A DNA stretch of 64,000 nt from Octopus vulgaris (GCA_951406725.2 OX597825.1:30566001-30630000), one strand, 5' to 3'. Shown: positions 29,700 through 43,703, counted from the stretch's first letter. A program made the numbers and translations. The notes: generated by a model not told the origin, from the letters alone.

Positions 29700-31245
29700 G
29701 CACAGGGACATAGAAATAATCGGACTGATTGCACGGTTAAACCATAAGGAATGAAGGACTCCTAGTCTTTGTTAGGGTGTCCTTCTAGAAGAAAGCAACT
29801 CAGGTAACTGGGATAACTCCGACATAAAACATGCAGCTCAGTGGTTACCAATGATGTTGACTTGTTCTTCTTTTCGGGTTATGGCTGCTGTTGCTTAGCG
29901 AGTGGGATTGACTCAGTGCACAGCCTTTCCTCACATTAAAAAAAATCTTCTTGCACAGGCATTGCATGATAACAACATTGATTGTTTGATTGATTAATTA
30001 ATTAACTAATTAATTGATGATTGTTGATAGTGCTGTGAGTTTCAACTGAATGGCTGGCTGTAGCCTTAAAGAGCAAACAATAAATGATGTGCCAAAACAG
30101 TATAAAAATAAATGGCAGTAAGGACTCTGGAACCACACCAGATGAAAGAGTCTGGCTTGGCAGGGGCTCCAGAGCATCATAGTCTGAACCTGGCCATCAT
30201 CGTGCTACTGTGATAGAACCTAATAAAATATTGAATATTGCCTGTTGGAATGTATGGACACTGCTTGGCTGTGATTCCTCAGAATGTCCTGAACAAAGGA
30301 CTGCTCTTGTTGCGAATTAGCTTCGATGCTATGATCTTGACATCGTTGCTTTATCTGAGACGAGATTAGCTCTTCTTTATGCCTGCGAGACCTGGGTCAC
30401 ATATCGATATCACCTTAAACAACTGGAACGTTTCCATCAGATGTGCCTCAGAAGGATCTATGGCATTAAGTGGGAGGAGCACATCCGTGATCTTGAGATA
30501 TTGGAAGGCTCTTGGTGTGTAAGTATAGAAGATCATGTGTTGAAGCAAAGGTTCAGAAGGAGTAGCCATCTAGTCAGGATGAAAGATTCAAGGATGCCAA
30601 AACAACTCTTTAATGGAGAATTAGCTAAAGGAAAATGACCTCCACACAAACCACAAAAGAGGTATAAAGACTTGCTGAAGGCTTCCTTGGGAGGTACTAG
30701 CATCTCTCCTGACACATTGGAGGGCATAGCTGTTGACCGTAGTAGGTGGAGAAGGATTGTGCATGAGGGGACGGCTATTTTTGAGAACTCTCGAGTTGCA
30801 CATGAGAAAGTGAGGAGAGATGTCAGGAAGAGCATCACTGTTGCACTTCCAGATGGTAAGCGTCTTTCTATGATGCTGACATCCAGTGTCTGTGCAAGAA
30901 CCTACCTCAGTAAAGCTGGACTCATGAGTCATCTTCGTAGTCATAAAGCGAGACCGATGATTGACTACCAGGCTGCTGGTAGTGGTGCTACACACCATAC
31001 TAATCATATCTGTCAGGCATGTGGAAGGGAGTGTGATTTGGCAGGAGGACTTAAACGACATGCAAAGGTACATGAAGCCCAATTACAACTACAGCCGGTT
31101 ATTGCCAGTAAAGATTTTAGCTGCCAATTCTGTACAAGTCATTGTAGATCTTTAGCTGGGCTAAAAAGTCACATTCGATCACAGCACTGTTAACAGATAA
31201 GCCTCGTGCAATGGCCATACTCAATAATGAGGGGACAGCCATCAT
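29700..31245 (+). mobile_element. Internally deleted RTE LINE with putative 5' UTR
   Basis: APE endonuclease start and RTE C-terminus lie in one frame; RT absent; ends approximate. Confidence 0.85.
30084..31193 (+). pseudogene. RTE-derived fused frame: endonuclease N-terminus + C-terminal domain + three C2H2 fingers
   Basis: LNIACWNVWTL..DIVALSETRLA|LLYACETW..RMPKQLF; C2H2-like motifs in ORF 30672-31193; stops at 30180, 30318, 30636; no frameshift. Confidence 0.85.
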
Positions 31246-31261
31246 GTATGTATGTATATAG

Positions 31262-31762
31262 GCACAAACATGGCAGCATGGTAAGAAGTTTGCTTCACAA
31301 AATGGTTCTGGGTTCAGTCCCACTGAATAACACTTTGGAGCAAGTGTCTTCTACTATAGCCTTGGGCCAACCAAAGCCTTGTTAGTAGATATGGTAAATG
31401 AAATCTGAAAGAAGCCCATTGTACAAATGTGTATGTGCATACAGGCATGTGTATGTGTGTGTGTGTGGGTGTGTATGTGTGTGTGTGCATGTGTGTGTGT
31501 GCGTGTGTGTGTGTGTGCGTGTGTGTGTGCATGTGTGTATTTTTGTCTCGACATCAGATGATAGATGGAAATGAGCATCACCATCATGCAAGTGTTGTTG
31601 TTCATTTCCAATCTGCCACAAAAACATGTTTAGCCATGGAAAATTATTATCCTTCTTGGAAACAGATGAGGGTTGGTGACAGGTAAGGCATCCAACTGTG
31701 GAAATCTGCCTCGATGGAAAATTCCATCTGAGTCATGTGAGCATGGGAAAGTGAACATTAAA
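31262..31762 (+). mobile_element. Composite SINE: family A head + (TG)n + family E tail
   Basis: A head to ~31420, then microsatellite, then E body ending gcatgggaaagtgaacattaaa. Confidence 0.75.
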
Positions 31763-31889
31763 AGGAGGAGTAAGGAGACTGGGCAGGAGAGGGGAGGAGG
31801 AGAAAGCAGAGGAGGAGAAGGAGAAAGCAGAGGAGGAGGTGGAAAAGCAGAGGAGGAGGACAATGATAATAATGACAACGACAATGACA

Positions 31890-31922
<33 letters not shown>

Positions 31923-33545
31923 GTACGATGACGATGGTGATACTGATGATGATGATGATGACGACGTTGATAATGTGTAGTGGTGATGATGATGATGATG
32001 ATTTTGATGGTGGTGACTGCGACCGACAATGATGATGGCAACGATGATAATGAAACACATATTCAGCTTTTGCAAACATTCCTTTTAGCATAAGACTTTC
32101 AAATGGAAAGTAAGGCTCTGAAAGCTTACATTAATGAAAAAGCAATGTACAGGCCTTCAATATCATAGAAATTGATGAGTAGTGAAGGGAAATAAATAAA
32201 AAAAAAAACTGGCAATGAAATATACTTTTTATATCAAGAATTTGTCAGGTTATTTTCAAATAGATTAAACCTTCCAAAATGTAATTTAAATTAAAGAAAC
32301 GCTGCTGAAAAGCACATGTATTTCCTTGCTTGACTGAGAAGAGAAATCAAAGCTGCTTTGATGTATAGTTTGTAAGGAAAATAAAGTCGACAGTCTTGTC
32401 TTAAGTGAAATTATTATGGCAAAAACTGCAAAAATTATATAAGCAGTTTGGAGAATTCGATTATATGATAAAATGAGCGTTTTATAAATTAGATTTTGAT
32501 AGAAATACAGATTAACCATTTTTGTGTTTTGTGTGTGAATGGATGTTCATATATATAGGAGTATATATAAGCACACATATATGCACATGTAAGCAGGCAT
32601 TTATGCATGTGTGTGCATGTATTTGCACATGTAGGAGGATGAGCATCCATGGATATGCATCCATGATAGAACTTATCTGTTGTTGGTAAGGGTAGTAATA
32701 CAATAAAGAGATAAGGTAACTATATTGTGTTAATATGAAACTGGGATGAGAAAGGAGCCCGTTTTACGCCCTATGCACAGATTTACACACATTTCCTCTC
32801 TCTCTCAGTCACACAAACACACACACACACAAGCACATACACAAACACACACAAGCAAGCAAAAACACACAAGAAAGCAAACATACACAAATACACATAT
32901 GAATACCTACATGTGTACACACATAAATGTATACATACTCATGAACACACATGCAAACACACTCATAAAGACACATGCCTAGATACACACACACTCATGA
33001 ATATACATGTACAAACATACATATATACACATACACACACACACACACACATACATACACACACAAATGTACGCATGTGAAAACACATATATATCATATA
33101 CCTTTTATGTATGAAAATAAGAATTAACAATGTATTTTCTTAAATCATTTATTGGAAAAAATTACAAAAATTAAAAATTACTAAAATCATAATGTATATA
33201 TATATGTATATATATATAAAAAAACCTGTAGCTAATCACTGCCATTATACATGAGTTGCAGGTTTATATTTTAGAGAAAATTGCATAAATGTACTTTAAG
33301 ATGAAGTTGTACTTTCTGAAAGCTAAATGATTCATAGAAAACAAATTTTTTTAAATATTTTGTTTCTGTACTTGCTAGCAAGATTCTTCATGTGAACTTG
33401 TGTGATGAAACATATTTTGTTGTAAATTGGTGGGTTATTTTGCCAATGATAATAAACACATGCACTGGTTATATTTCACCTCTTTTATCTTTATTAGTCA
33501 ATTGGTTAACATTCAATCAATTAAGTAATTGATTTGTTTGATTAA

Positions 33546-33947
33546 TAGGCGCAGGAGTGGCCGTGTGGTATGAAGCTTGCATACCAACCACATAGTTCTG
33601 GGTTCAGTCCCACTGCGTGGCACCTTGGGCAAGTGTCTTCTACTATAGCCTCGGACTGGCCAAAGCCTTGAGTGGATTTGGTAGACAGAAACTGAAAGAA
33701 GCCTGTTGTATATATGTATATATGTATGTATGTGTGTGTGTATGTTTGTGTGTCTGTATTTGTCCCCCCAACATCGCTTGACAACCAATGCTGGTGTGTT
33801 TACATTCCTGTAACTTAGCGGTTCGGCAAAAGAGACTGATAGAATAAGTACTAGGCTTACAAAGAATAAGTCCTGGGGTCAATATGCTCGACTAAAGGTG
33901 GTGCTCCTGCATGGCCACAGTCAAATGACTGAAACAAGTAAAAGAGA
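33546..33947 (+). mobile_element. SINE family A, full length
   Basis: ggcgcaggagtggccgtgtggt...ggttcagtccc head and complete tail. Confidence 0.92.
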
Positions 33948-34559
33948 ACAGAAGAGAGATTAAATGAACCTTTAAACCAGGAGAGAAGCAGACAAACCTG
34001 AGTAGACCTGGAGTGGAGAGAGAATATTATTGAAGATGCTGCAAATGGCAATGAAAGGATCTAGCTGAACGATTAATCAAGCAATCAATTAGTTAATTGG
34101 TTAAAGGATTAATTAATAGGCTAATAATAATAAAAAAAATGAAACTGAACCAGTGTGTGTGTTCATTATTGCCATAATGACCCACCTGTGATCCAGCAAA
34201 AAAATATTTAAAAGTACATACATGAAAGCAAACTGGAAAACATTGTATGACCTAATTTTGAAATTAAAATAAAATTGAGAAAACCAGAATAAATTGTTAT
34301 CTTCAACACTGAGATTATGGTTTGAAAAGTGGGACAAATAGCAGAAAACCTGAGATGTTTGGACACTCTTTAGAAAGTTTCCATGTAATAACTATGTAGC
34401 CACAGCTAATACCAAATACAAGAACAGAGTTTAACAGCAGAGGACATGCTGACGGTGTGAATATTAGGAGGTGGGCATGGGTCATGATGTGTGGTAGATT
34501 GCTTCCTGTATTGTAAATCTGCTGAACATGTGGAAACAGCAAAAACTGGCTGTGAAATT

Positions 34560-34612
34560 AATGATGATGATGGTGATGACGATGATGATGATGATGATGA
34601 TGGTGATGGTGG

Positions 34613-34662
<50 letters not shown>

Positions 34663-34669
34663 ATGATGG

Positions 34670-34704
<35 letters not shown>

Positions 34705-34723
34705 GTGGTGATGGTGATGATGA

Positions 34724-34757
<34 letters not shown>

Positions 34758-34777
34758 GATGGTGATGATGATGACAA

Positions 34778-34809
<32 letters not shown>

Positions 34810-34930
34810 AAGATAAAAATGTTGACAGTCTCGTTAATGAGGATAGTGGAAGTGATAATGAAGAAGACAATGCTGGTGAAGATGAAGTGGATAATGACAA
34901 AGGTGACGAAGAGAGGACAGTGGACCGAGA
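34560..34930. repeat. (GAT)n/(GGT)n array, degenerating at its 3' end
   Basis: Visible directly; source of the poly-Asp and poly-Met ORFs. Confidence 0.9.
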
Positions 34931-35403
34931 TAATGAAGAAGGTGTTGCTAATTATAGTTATTACTTGTATTTGCCAATCTACATATGGAAACACACATGG
35001 AAACACACACACAGATACACAAACACATGCACATACACATACACACACACGCACAAAAGAATCAATGGAAGACAAAGACGAGTTGAGAAACATGAAACTA
35101 TGAAATTGTCTGACTCATGTCAGTATGGAAAACAAATGCAAAAATCAATGAGATAGTTTTCAATCTAACTAGAATGAAAAATAACCATAAAACCAATGAA
35201 GATAACACATTGTCCAATGTGAGAAAAGAGATGATGAGATAAAACTGTGTCAAAGATGCATAGCTGTGTGATTAAGGAATTTGCTACACAGCCACATGCT
35301 TGGGGTTCAATCCCATGGTGCGGCACTGTGAGCAAATGTTTTCTATTGTGGCCCTGGGCCAATCAATGCCTTGAAAGGGAATTTTGATAATTTGGCAGAT
35401 TAG

Positions 35404-35619
35404 CCCTTTCGTTACTGTATTTATTTTGAGATGCTCTGTGTTTCTTTCAATTATTTTAAATATAACAAAGAATTTAGTAAAATAACTTAGTTATCATTAA
35501 TGTTAGGAACATAAATTGTGACTAAAGTTTGGTGGAAGATTTTAATTCAAAACTTATGAAAACAAGACATTTGTACTACAGAGCCAGAGCTGGTTTCAGC
35601 CGGGTTGGTAATGAAAGGG
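35404..35619. mobile_element. piggyBac-type MITE
   Basis: ttag-ccctttcgttac ... gtaatgaaaggg-ttaa; follows a truncated SINE A head (35257-35400). Confidence 0.8.
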
Positions 35620-35639
35620 TTAAAAGTGAGTGGAATATA

Positions 35640-35856
35640 CAGTAATCCTTCGCCATATTGTGGTTCACCTATTGCAGTTTATTATTTAAGCATACGTCAA
35701 TTCCTCCATGGTGTTGTTTTGCATTTATAATAAAATAAATATATACAAATTATAAAAATGAAACAAAAAATATACAGTACTGTTTCTACTTTAGGGATTT
35801 TCACTTATCATAGGTGATTTGGGAACATAACACACGCAATAGTCGAGGGATTACTG
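35640..35856. mobile_element. Tc1/mariner (pogo/Tigger-like) MITE
   Basis: TA-cagtaatccttcg ... cgagggattactg-TA. Confidence 0.85.
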
Positions 35857-35904
35857 TATGTGTAATTGTGTGTCTGTATTTTATGATTCTTATTTAAAAA
35901 AATT

Positions 35905-36060
35905 TTTTTTTAATTGCCCACAAGGGGCTAAACATAGAGGGAACAAACAAGGGATTAAGTCGATTACATCGACCCCTGCGTAACTGGTACTTAATTTATT
36001 GAACCCGAAAGGATGAAAGGCAAAGTTGACCTTGGTGGAATTTGAACTCAGAACATAATG
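35905..36060 (-). mobile_element. SINE family B, 5'-truncated
   Basis: Match to the 25217-25453 copy. Confidence 0.85.
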
Positions 36061-36229
36061 GCATGGGCGAAGCTGACCTTCCATAAACAACCTTGCCTGG
36101 ACTTGTGCCTGGGAGGGTAACTTTCTAAGTGGAATCCCATGGTCATTCATGACCAAAAGGGGTCCTTTAATTCTTTGTGTATTTTGTATGGGTGAATCAG
36201 CCATCTACAGAAGAAATACAGCAATGAAT

Positions 36230-36670
36230 TATAAACCAGAGATCACCATGTTGTTTGTTATATACAGTACTCAGGTGCATCACAACTCATCAGGAAAAAA
36301 GCAGCCCAAAGGGCATGAGTATGCATAGAATAATGCACAGGAAGCAAATAGTAAATGAGTTGTTTAAAAGAGGAAAATGAAGTGGGTACATCAGGTGTGC
36401 TGTTGGCAGATTTCAGGAAGCATTTGAAGGATGGAGTGTTTCTGTTGCTAATAAATGAGATGGGTAGCTTAGTTCACACTACAGCAATTCTGAGTGTGAA
36501 AAGATGTTTCTGAAAATCATGGGTGTTGTGTTGTTTAATTGATTTTGTAAGAATGTCCATGAGTGTTAGACATGTGGAATTCAAAAAGGTGCTAAAAGTT
36601 GTTATTGGAAAGATGGTGAATAATCTTGTGGGTGTCTAGCAAGTTAGTTGCCAAACGTTGGAGATATACT
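36230..36670 (-). mobile_element. CR1-like LINE 3' end
   Basis: Minus-strand RLATNLLDTHKII..THGHSYKI..KHLFTLRIA..*TKLP resembles the CR1 C-terminus. Confidence 0.7.
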
Positions 36671-36764
36671 GTTAATTCTCTCTTCACATTGTAAGATTCT
36701 TCATTTATTTTCTTCTTTATTGTTTTCTAAATTTATTGACTCTTCGATCAGAAGATTGACAACA

Positions 36765-37188
36765 AAGGTGGCAAGCTGGCAGAATCATTAGCACGCCAAG
36801 CGAAATGCTTAGCGGTATTTCATCTGCCGTTACATTCTGAGCTCAAATTCCACTGAGGTAGACTTTGCCTTTCATCCTTTCGGGGTCGATTAAATAAGTA
36901 CCAGTTGCACACTGGGGTCGATATAATCGACTTAATCCCTTTGTCTGTCCTTGTTTTTCCTCTCTGTGTTTAGCCCCTTGTAGGTAGTAAAGAAATAGGT
37001 ATTTCGTCTGTCGCTACATTCTGAGTTCAAATTTCGCCAAGGTAGACTTAGCCTTTCATCCTTTTGGGGTTGATAAATTAAGTACCAGTTACACACCGGG
37101 GTCGATATAATCGACTTAAGCTCTTTGTCTGTCCTTGTTTGTCCCCTCTATGGACAATAAAGAAATATGAAATAAGAGATAAGAAATA
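36765..37188 (+). mobile_element. SINE B tandem dimer with 15 bp TSD
   Basis: agaagattgacaaca at 36750-36764 and 37189-37203; second monomer lacks the 5' part of the head. Confidence 0.9.
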
Positions 37189-37537
37189 AGAAGATTGACA
37201 ACATATGAGCCATGGTAACAGCAACATTCTACTATAAAACTCTGTGACTACTTGTTTAAAATCAGTGTATAAAGATAACAGTAATGTTCAAAAACAATCT
37301 TATTTAACTGAAGCAGTACCAGAAGTAGTCGCTTCCATACACCTATGTTGGATTGGTTATAATATTGAGAAAGTTCATATGTTTCACAGCATCAATTTAT
37401 CAAAAACAAACAAACAAAAACAGAAAAGCATTATTTGCTTTCAAAGCTGCAACATCTCTTGCAGACAAGATGAAATCTTAACTGTTTCAAATATGTAATT
37501 TCAAACCAGATGGCACTGAAGAATAAGGAAAACAGAA

Positions 37538-37596
<59 letters not shown>

Positions 37597-37862
37597 TACA
37601 AAATGGAAATAGAAGAAGTAAATTTTCCTTTATGTAAAATACAACAAGAAAAGCACAATGTGAGGAAATTTTCTTTGTATCTCCAAGAAAGCTTCATCTT
37701 CTAAAGAGATTTCCACTTTTCGAAAAATATAATTAAATCTAAGTTGACATATTCGCTTTTTTAAGGCAAGACAATTCTTAATATGTAAGCTATCTGAAAT
37801 ACATACAAATATTAACAAACAGCCAAAAGATACTTGCTATACTTTAAGATGTAAGATGTAAG

Positions 37863-37909
<47 letters not shown>

Positions 37910-38009
37910 ATATATATATATATATATTATATACAGATACATATACATATATACAAAGATACTCGTGTGTATGTATGTATGTGTGTATCTACATATAGAT
38001 AAGTATATA

Positions 38010-38077
<68 letters not shown>

Positions 38078-38454
38078 TATATGTATACATGCACACATTT
38101 ATTTATACAGGCCTACATACTCAGAAATATGTAAACATATATGCATACATACATAACTATGTGTGTGTGTATATATATATGTGCATGCGTGTGTATATAT
38201 GTGTATATCATCATCTTTTTCTACATCCACTTATCTATGATCACATTGGTTGGACAGAATTGATTGACACAGATTTTCTATGGCTGGATGCCCTTCCTGT
38301 TACCAACCAACACCTGTTTCCAAGTAAAGTAATATTTCTCTATGACATGTCTGTAAAGATTAGGTTCAAAGAACACCACTTCTTTGACATTGATGGCTAT
38401 GTATAATTATCATATGATAGCAAGACAAGGAGATACATATACATTGGTATCTTT

Positions 38455-38785
38455 TTTTGTTGGCACTACGTTGGTTCTGACGATGAGTGTTCCAGTTGAT
38501 CCAATCAATGGAACAGCCTGCTCATGAAATTAATGTGCAAGTGGCTGAGAACTCCACAGACACATGTACCTTTAACGTAGTTCTCAGGGAGATTCGGCGT
38601 GACACAGAATGCAACAAGGCTGGTCCTTTGAAATACAGGTACAACAGAAGCAGGAAGAAAGAGTAAGAGAAAGTTGTGGTGAAAGAGTACAGCAGGGTTC
38701 ACCATCATCCCCTGCCAGAGCCTCGGGGTGCTTTAGGTCAACTGCGAGTCCACTGCCCTAACCACTGGGCCGTTGCGCCTCTACA
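38455..38785 (-). mobile_element. tRNA-headed SINE (family F), internally deleted
   Basis: Minus-strand head gaggcgcaacggcccagtggttagggcagtggactcgc. Confidence 0.65.
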
Positions 38786-38789
38786 ACTT

Positions 38790-38974
38790 ACATATACATA
38801 CATGCATGCATACATACATACATACATACATACATACATACATACATACATACATACATACGTATGTATGTACATACATACATACGTTTGTATGTACATA
38901 CATACATACATACATACATGCATACATACATACATATATACATACATACATACATACATACATACATACATACA

Positions 38975-39005
<31 letters not shown>
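38790..39005. repeat. (CATA)n microsatellite
   Basis: Visible directly. Confidence 0.95.
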
Positions 39006-39006
<1 letters not shown>

Positions 39007-39425
39007 GGAGTTTGGTTATTGGACACCCTGCAACATGAAAGATAAGACCTGTCAAAGGGTGGAAGAGTTCATGAGCAGTCAATGGCCATCCAAAAATGTG
39101 TACATGTGTTTGAATGCATGTATGTATACAGAGGGATGTAGAAATACCTGGGTTGGTGTCCAGGCGTGCAGCTGGCCCACTGAGCATGGGTGGCCCCTCT
39201 GTTGCTGTCACAATATCTCTCTAGGAAAGGGAAACACCAAAAGAAAACCTGTGACACTGACAGTATTCAATGATGTTGAATAGTTCCTCTTTTCGAGGTT
39301 ATGTTGGCCATGTTAAGAGAGCATACATGTATGTGTGTGTGTGTGTGTATGTGTACCTGCGTGTGTGTGTGTGTATATATAAATATATATACATACATAC
39401 ACACACACACACATATATATATATG

Positions 39426-39554
<129 letters not shown>

Positions 39555-39730
39555 TGAATGTATGTATTGAAAATTAAATGATAAGGGTAGAAATTGATAT
39601 TATTCAATTAAAAGCAGTGGCGTTAGCATATTTTTAAAAATCCAAAGATTAAAAATTTTAATACTTTGTATGTATGTATGTATGTATGTATGTATGTATG
39701 TATGTATGTATGTATGTATGTATATGTATG

Positions 39731-39812
<82 letters not shown>

Positions 39813-39979
39813 ATATATATATATATTGACTTTCTGTTCTTGAAAAGTTATGACGAGATTTTAGTATTCAACTAAGATTTTTCTTTCAGCTGAGGATGTA
39901 GCTTAATTTCTGCATTGTCTTAAAAGAATTTTTGTATTATTGCAGACATGTAGTAATTTATATGCAATGTTATTAACAG

Positions 39980-40219
39980 TCTAAATTATCTTTACATGCT
40001 TTAAGTTATGAAACATTTTGTTGTGATATTTGAATTTTCTTATGGTTAAATAAATTTCATCATACTGTTTCTCTCATCATTTATAACTGAGGATGTATTA
40101 CTAATCCAAATTATCTTTACATGCCTTAAGTAACAAGATAATTTGTTGTGCTATTTGATATTTGAATTTTCTTATAGTAAATAAATTTCATCATATTCTT
40201 TCTCTCATCATTTATAACT
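39980..40219. repeat. Diverged ~125 bp tandem duplication
   Basis: aaattatctttacatgc...tctctcatcatttataact occurs twice. Confidence 0.85.
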
Positions 40220-40491
40220 TTATATATATATATATACATCTACAAACACACATACACACAGACACACATACACACACATATATATTATATGAGTGTATAC
40301 ACATAAATGTTGAATGAGGAAAATGAGTGCTCAACACTGCATTGGTGGATAGAATTTCTTTATTTTTGTATTCAGGCTACCATAAGGTTTCATGCTAAGA
40401 ATAATAACTTAATATCTTAACAATTTTTTAAGCCGTTCATACGGAGGAATGATGTTTGTTTCCATTTTGGAGACACATGCACACATGCACA

Positions 40492-40536
<45 letters not shown>

Positions 40537-42094
40537 CATCATCATCACCATCATCCTAAAGGATAATGGTGATGTCTATTTTCCATGCTGGTAGGGTCCA
40601 AGCTTCTGGGCTGTGCCAAGCTCCAATGCCGACCACCTAAAAACATGTACTGAGAGATTTCTTTCTCTTTCCTGTGCCACTGACATTATCCAGGTCGTCA
40701 AATTAGTTGCAAGTCATAAAGAGGAGCGGAACAGGTAGGGGGAAAAAAACACTTTATAACTAAGCAGGAAGAGATACATCAGAGGGTGGGGGAGGTTGAC
40801 TAGATGTGAAATGAATTATAATACCAGATTCAGAGACATTGCTGCCTCTGCAGCATCCATTGGCATTGGTAATAATAAGTAATTAATACAATGGAAATAA
40901 TTCAGTTAGTGTGGTTGTTTTTTTCTGCAGGATTTTCTGTTCATTTTCACCCATATTGTAAGTATTTAGTTTGAATAGACTTGTATCACAAGATTTCATT
41001 AATTTACTGCAACAAGCACCTGCCACAAATGTACACACACATGCACATACACACACATGCACACACACACACACACACACACACATGCAGATACTAACAT
41101 ACTCACCTCTCAGCTACACCTTCTTAAACCAGCATATAGGAGGAGGTGGTTAATGCACAATACAAAAACAAAAGGTGAATACAAGAAACCAAATTAATTT
41201 GGGCAGCAAAGTCATTGAAGCATGAAATATCACCTTATCGCACTTGAGTGCACGTTAATGGTGAGATGGCAAGAGATGTCAGTATTAGCATGGTCACATG
41301 CTTCATAAAACTCAGTGTGGATTTCTGGTTACACTGGACGTGTAGATTGTTAACATTTCTGTTTGATTATCTAAGCTGATCCAGGTTGGATGAACAGCCA
41401 AATCTCACAGTTATGTAGACTTCAAGGGCAGCATTATATGTTTTGGTTTTCACAAGGCATGGATGGCTGTGCCATTAAGAATTGATGCAAGCATGGCTAT
41501 ATGCCTGAGAGGTTTACTTCCTAAACACATAGCTTTCAGTTCAGTTCCACTGCAAGGCACACCTGGGGTTAGTGTCAGAATACTAACCAAAGCATCATGA
41601 GTGGATCTGCTAGATGGAAACTGAAAGAAGCTCATTACATGTGCGTGCGTGTGTGTGTGTGAGTGTGTGTGAGTGAATGTGTTTATGTGTTTATGTGTGT
41701 GTGTTTGTTTGTTTGGATGTGTGTGAACATTTTGAAATGTCATTAAGTATCAAGAACCTGTTAATCACAGACCATCCCCAAATACATTCTTTCTTTTTGC
41801 TTTCCTTTCTCTTTTTCTATCCTCTCTGTCTTCCTCTCTCTCTCTCTCCCTCCTCCTCCTCTCATCCCTGCCCTCTCCTTTTTTAAACAAAACAAAACAA
41901 TAACATCTTTTCGATTTGTATAAAAGGTAAAAAAAATTTCTGTAAAACTTTCTGAAGTGTCTCCATGAACTGATGAAATGCTATTAAAGAATTTTCCAAA
42001 ATTCTGACCACCTTCTTTTCCTTAAGATACAAAATTTGTACATCACTTTAAACAATCTATACTTACATATATGTATATATAATAAAATAATAAA

Positions 42095-42342
42095 TGAGCC
42101 CTTTTAAAGCCTAGCCAGGTTCATGGGCCCGGTTTCCTGGTTTCAATGGTGCATGCATTCCCCAGCTGGACGGGACACCAGTCCATCACAGTGTTACCCA
42201 TTTTTGCCAGCTGAGTTGACTGGAGCAACGTGAAATGAAGTGTTTTGCTCAAGAACACAACACGTCGCCCGGTCCAGGAATCAAAACCACAAACTTACAA
42301 TCATGATACTGACTCCCTAACCACTAAGCCACGTGCCTCCAC
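42095..42342 (-). mobile_element. SINE family C
   Basis: Reverse complement of the 44771-45053 element. Confidence 0.85.
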
Positions 42343-42469
42343 ATATGTATATATGCATATGTATATATATGTGTGTATGTATACATATATATATATAAAT
42401 TTATATGTATAGATATATGTGTGTGTGTATGTACATCTTCATTAAGTGTGTTTGTGCGTGTGTGTATGT

Positions 42470-43600
42470 ATGAGGAGAGTTCATTAAATATTTCCCCTGG
42501 CCCACTTCCTAATGATTGAGATAAATGAAACTCAGCACAATTCTCTCCATAGCCACCACCAATGATGACACATTGCTCCATTGCTTTACGCAGCTGTGAA
42601 GACCTCATCTGTAGAAGTCGGTAGGTTGTGTCTAGAGCAAAGACTTTACCTCAGAAATAAGTTCATCATCATCCGAAAAATGCTTCCCCTTCAAATAAAA
42701 CTTGGTTGGAAAGAGTTTGCAATGTTGGGAGTCAAGTGGTGCAAGGATATGGAAGGATTTCATAGCCACAGCAGTGTGCTTTCGTCTGGGCAACATGTGC
42801 ATTGTGAACTGAGGTGTTGTCTTGGAAGAGGTAGACTCCTTTGGTCAGCATGCTACGCCTCTCTGCTTTGATGACATCCTGCAATTTCTGCAGCAGAGAA
42901 TCATATGCCCCATTAATTGCAGTGCCCTTTGCCAGAAAATCCATCATCATCATTACCGCTTTTCACTGGTCCCAAAAGACTGTGAGCATTACCTTGCCTG
43001 CTGAGGATTGGACATGAGCCTTCTTTGGAGGTGGTGAGTTATCATGCTTCCATTGCTTCAACTGGATTTTAGTCTCAGGATCACAGTGCTGGACCCATGT
43101 TTCATCCTGTGTGATAAGTCTGCCGAAAAAGTCCTCCTCGTTTTCTTGTCACATTGCCAAAAGAGCCTCGAAGCAATTGACTCATTTCTGCTTCTGAAAA
43201 GGTGTGAGCATCCAGGGAATCCATTGCACAGACAACTTCCACATGTGCAAATGGTCATGAAGGATTTTTTCCTCAAACCCTACACTTACCTTCCTTCTTG
43301 GGCTTGTTGCCAAATAGTTATACAGTGATCCTCCAAAATGACAGCCTCCACTTCATGGATGGTGTCGACAGCAATGGTGGAATATGGTTGTCCAAGAATA
43401 GGAGCAGTTTCCACCAATGTCCAACCACATTTGAACTGGTGATGCCAGTGCTTGACTATGTCACATGATGGTGCATCATCACCATAAACTTCTTTCATCT
43501 CATTGAACGTCTCTTTTGGTGAACAACTTTTCAAGTATAAGAACCTGATCACTGAACTGCATCCAACTGTCCCCATTATAACACCTTAGTCCACTTCAGC
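42470..43600 (-). mobile_element. mariner transposase fossil
   Basis: HTH region VIRFLYLK..EMKEVYGDDAPS; QDETWV; DFLAKG..LFQDN..H; C-terminus CVIIGGGY; frameshifted. Confidence 0.9.
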
Positions 43601-43703
43601 AGCCACAAAAGACAATTCAGTCTCAATGACTGAAACCGATACTGAAATGTTTTTATAAAATTATTTCCGCATTTTCTATCTTGACTTTTTTTCCATACAT
43701 ATA

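Noticed and set aside
30672-31193. Host C2H2 zinc-finger gene
   Set aside because: In frame with the RTE C-terminus and lacks TGEKP linkers; belongs to the LINE
33546-33620. tRNA genes at SINE heads
   Set aside because: Only A/B-box remnants continuing into SINE bodies; no full cloverleaf or terminator
34482-35156. Long poly-Asp/Met/Ile ORFs
   Set aside because: Translations of (GAT)n/(GGT)n, open in several frames
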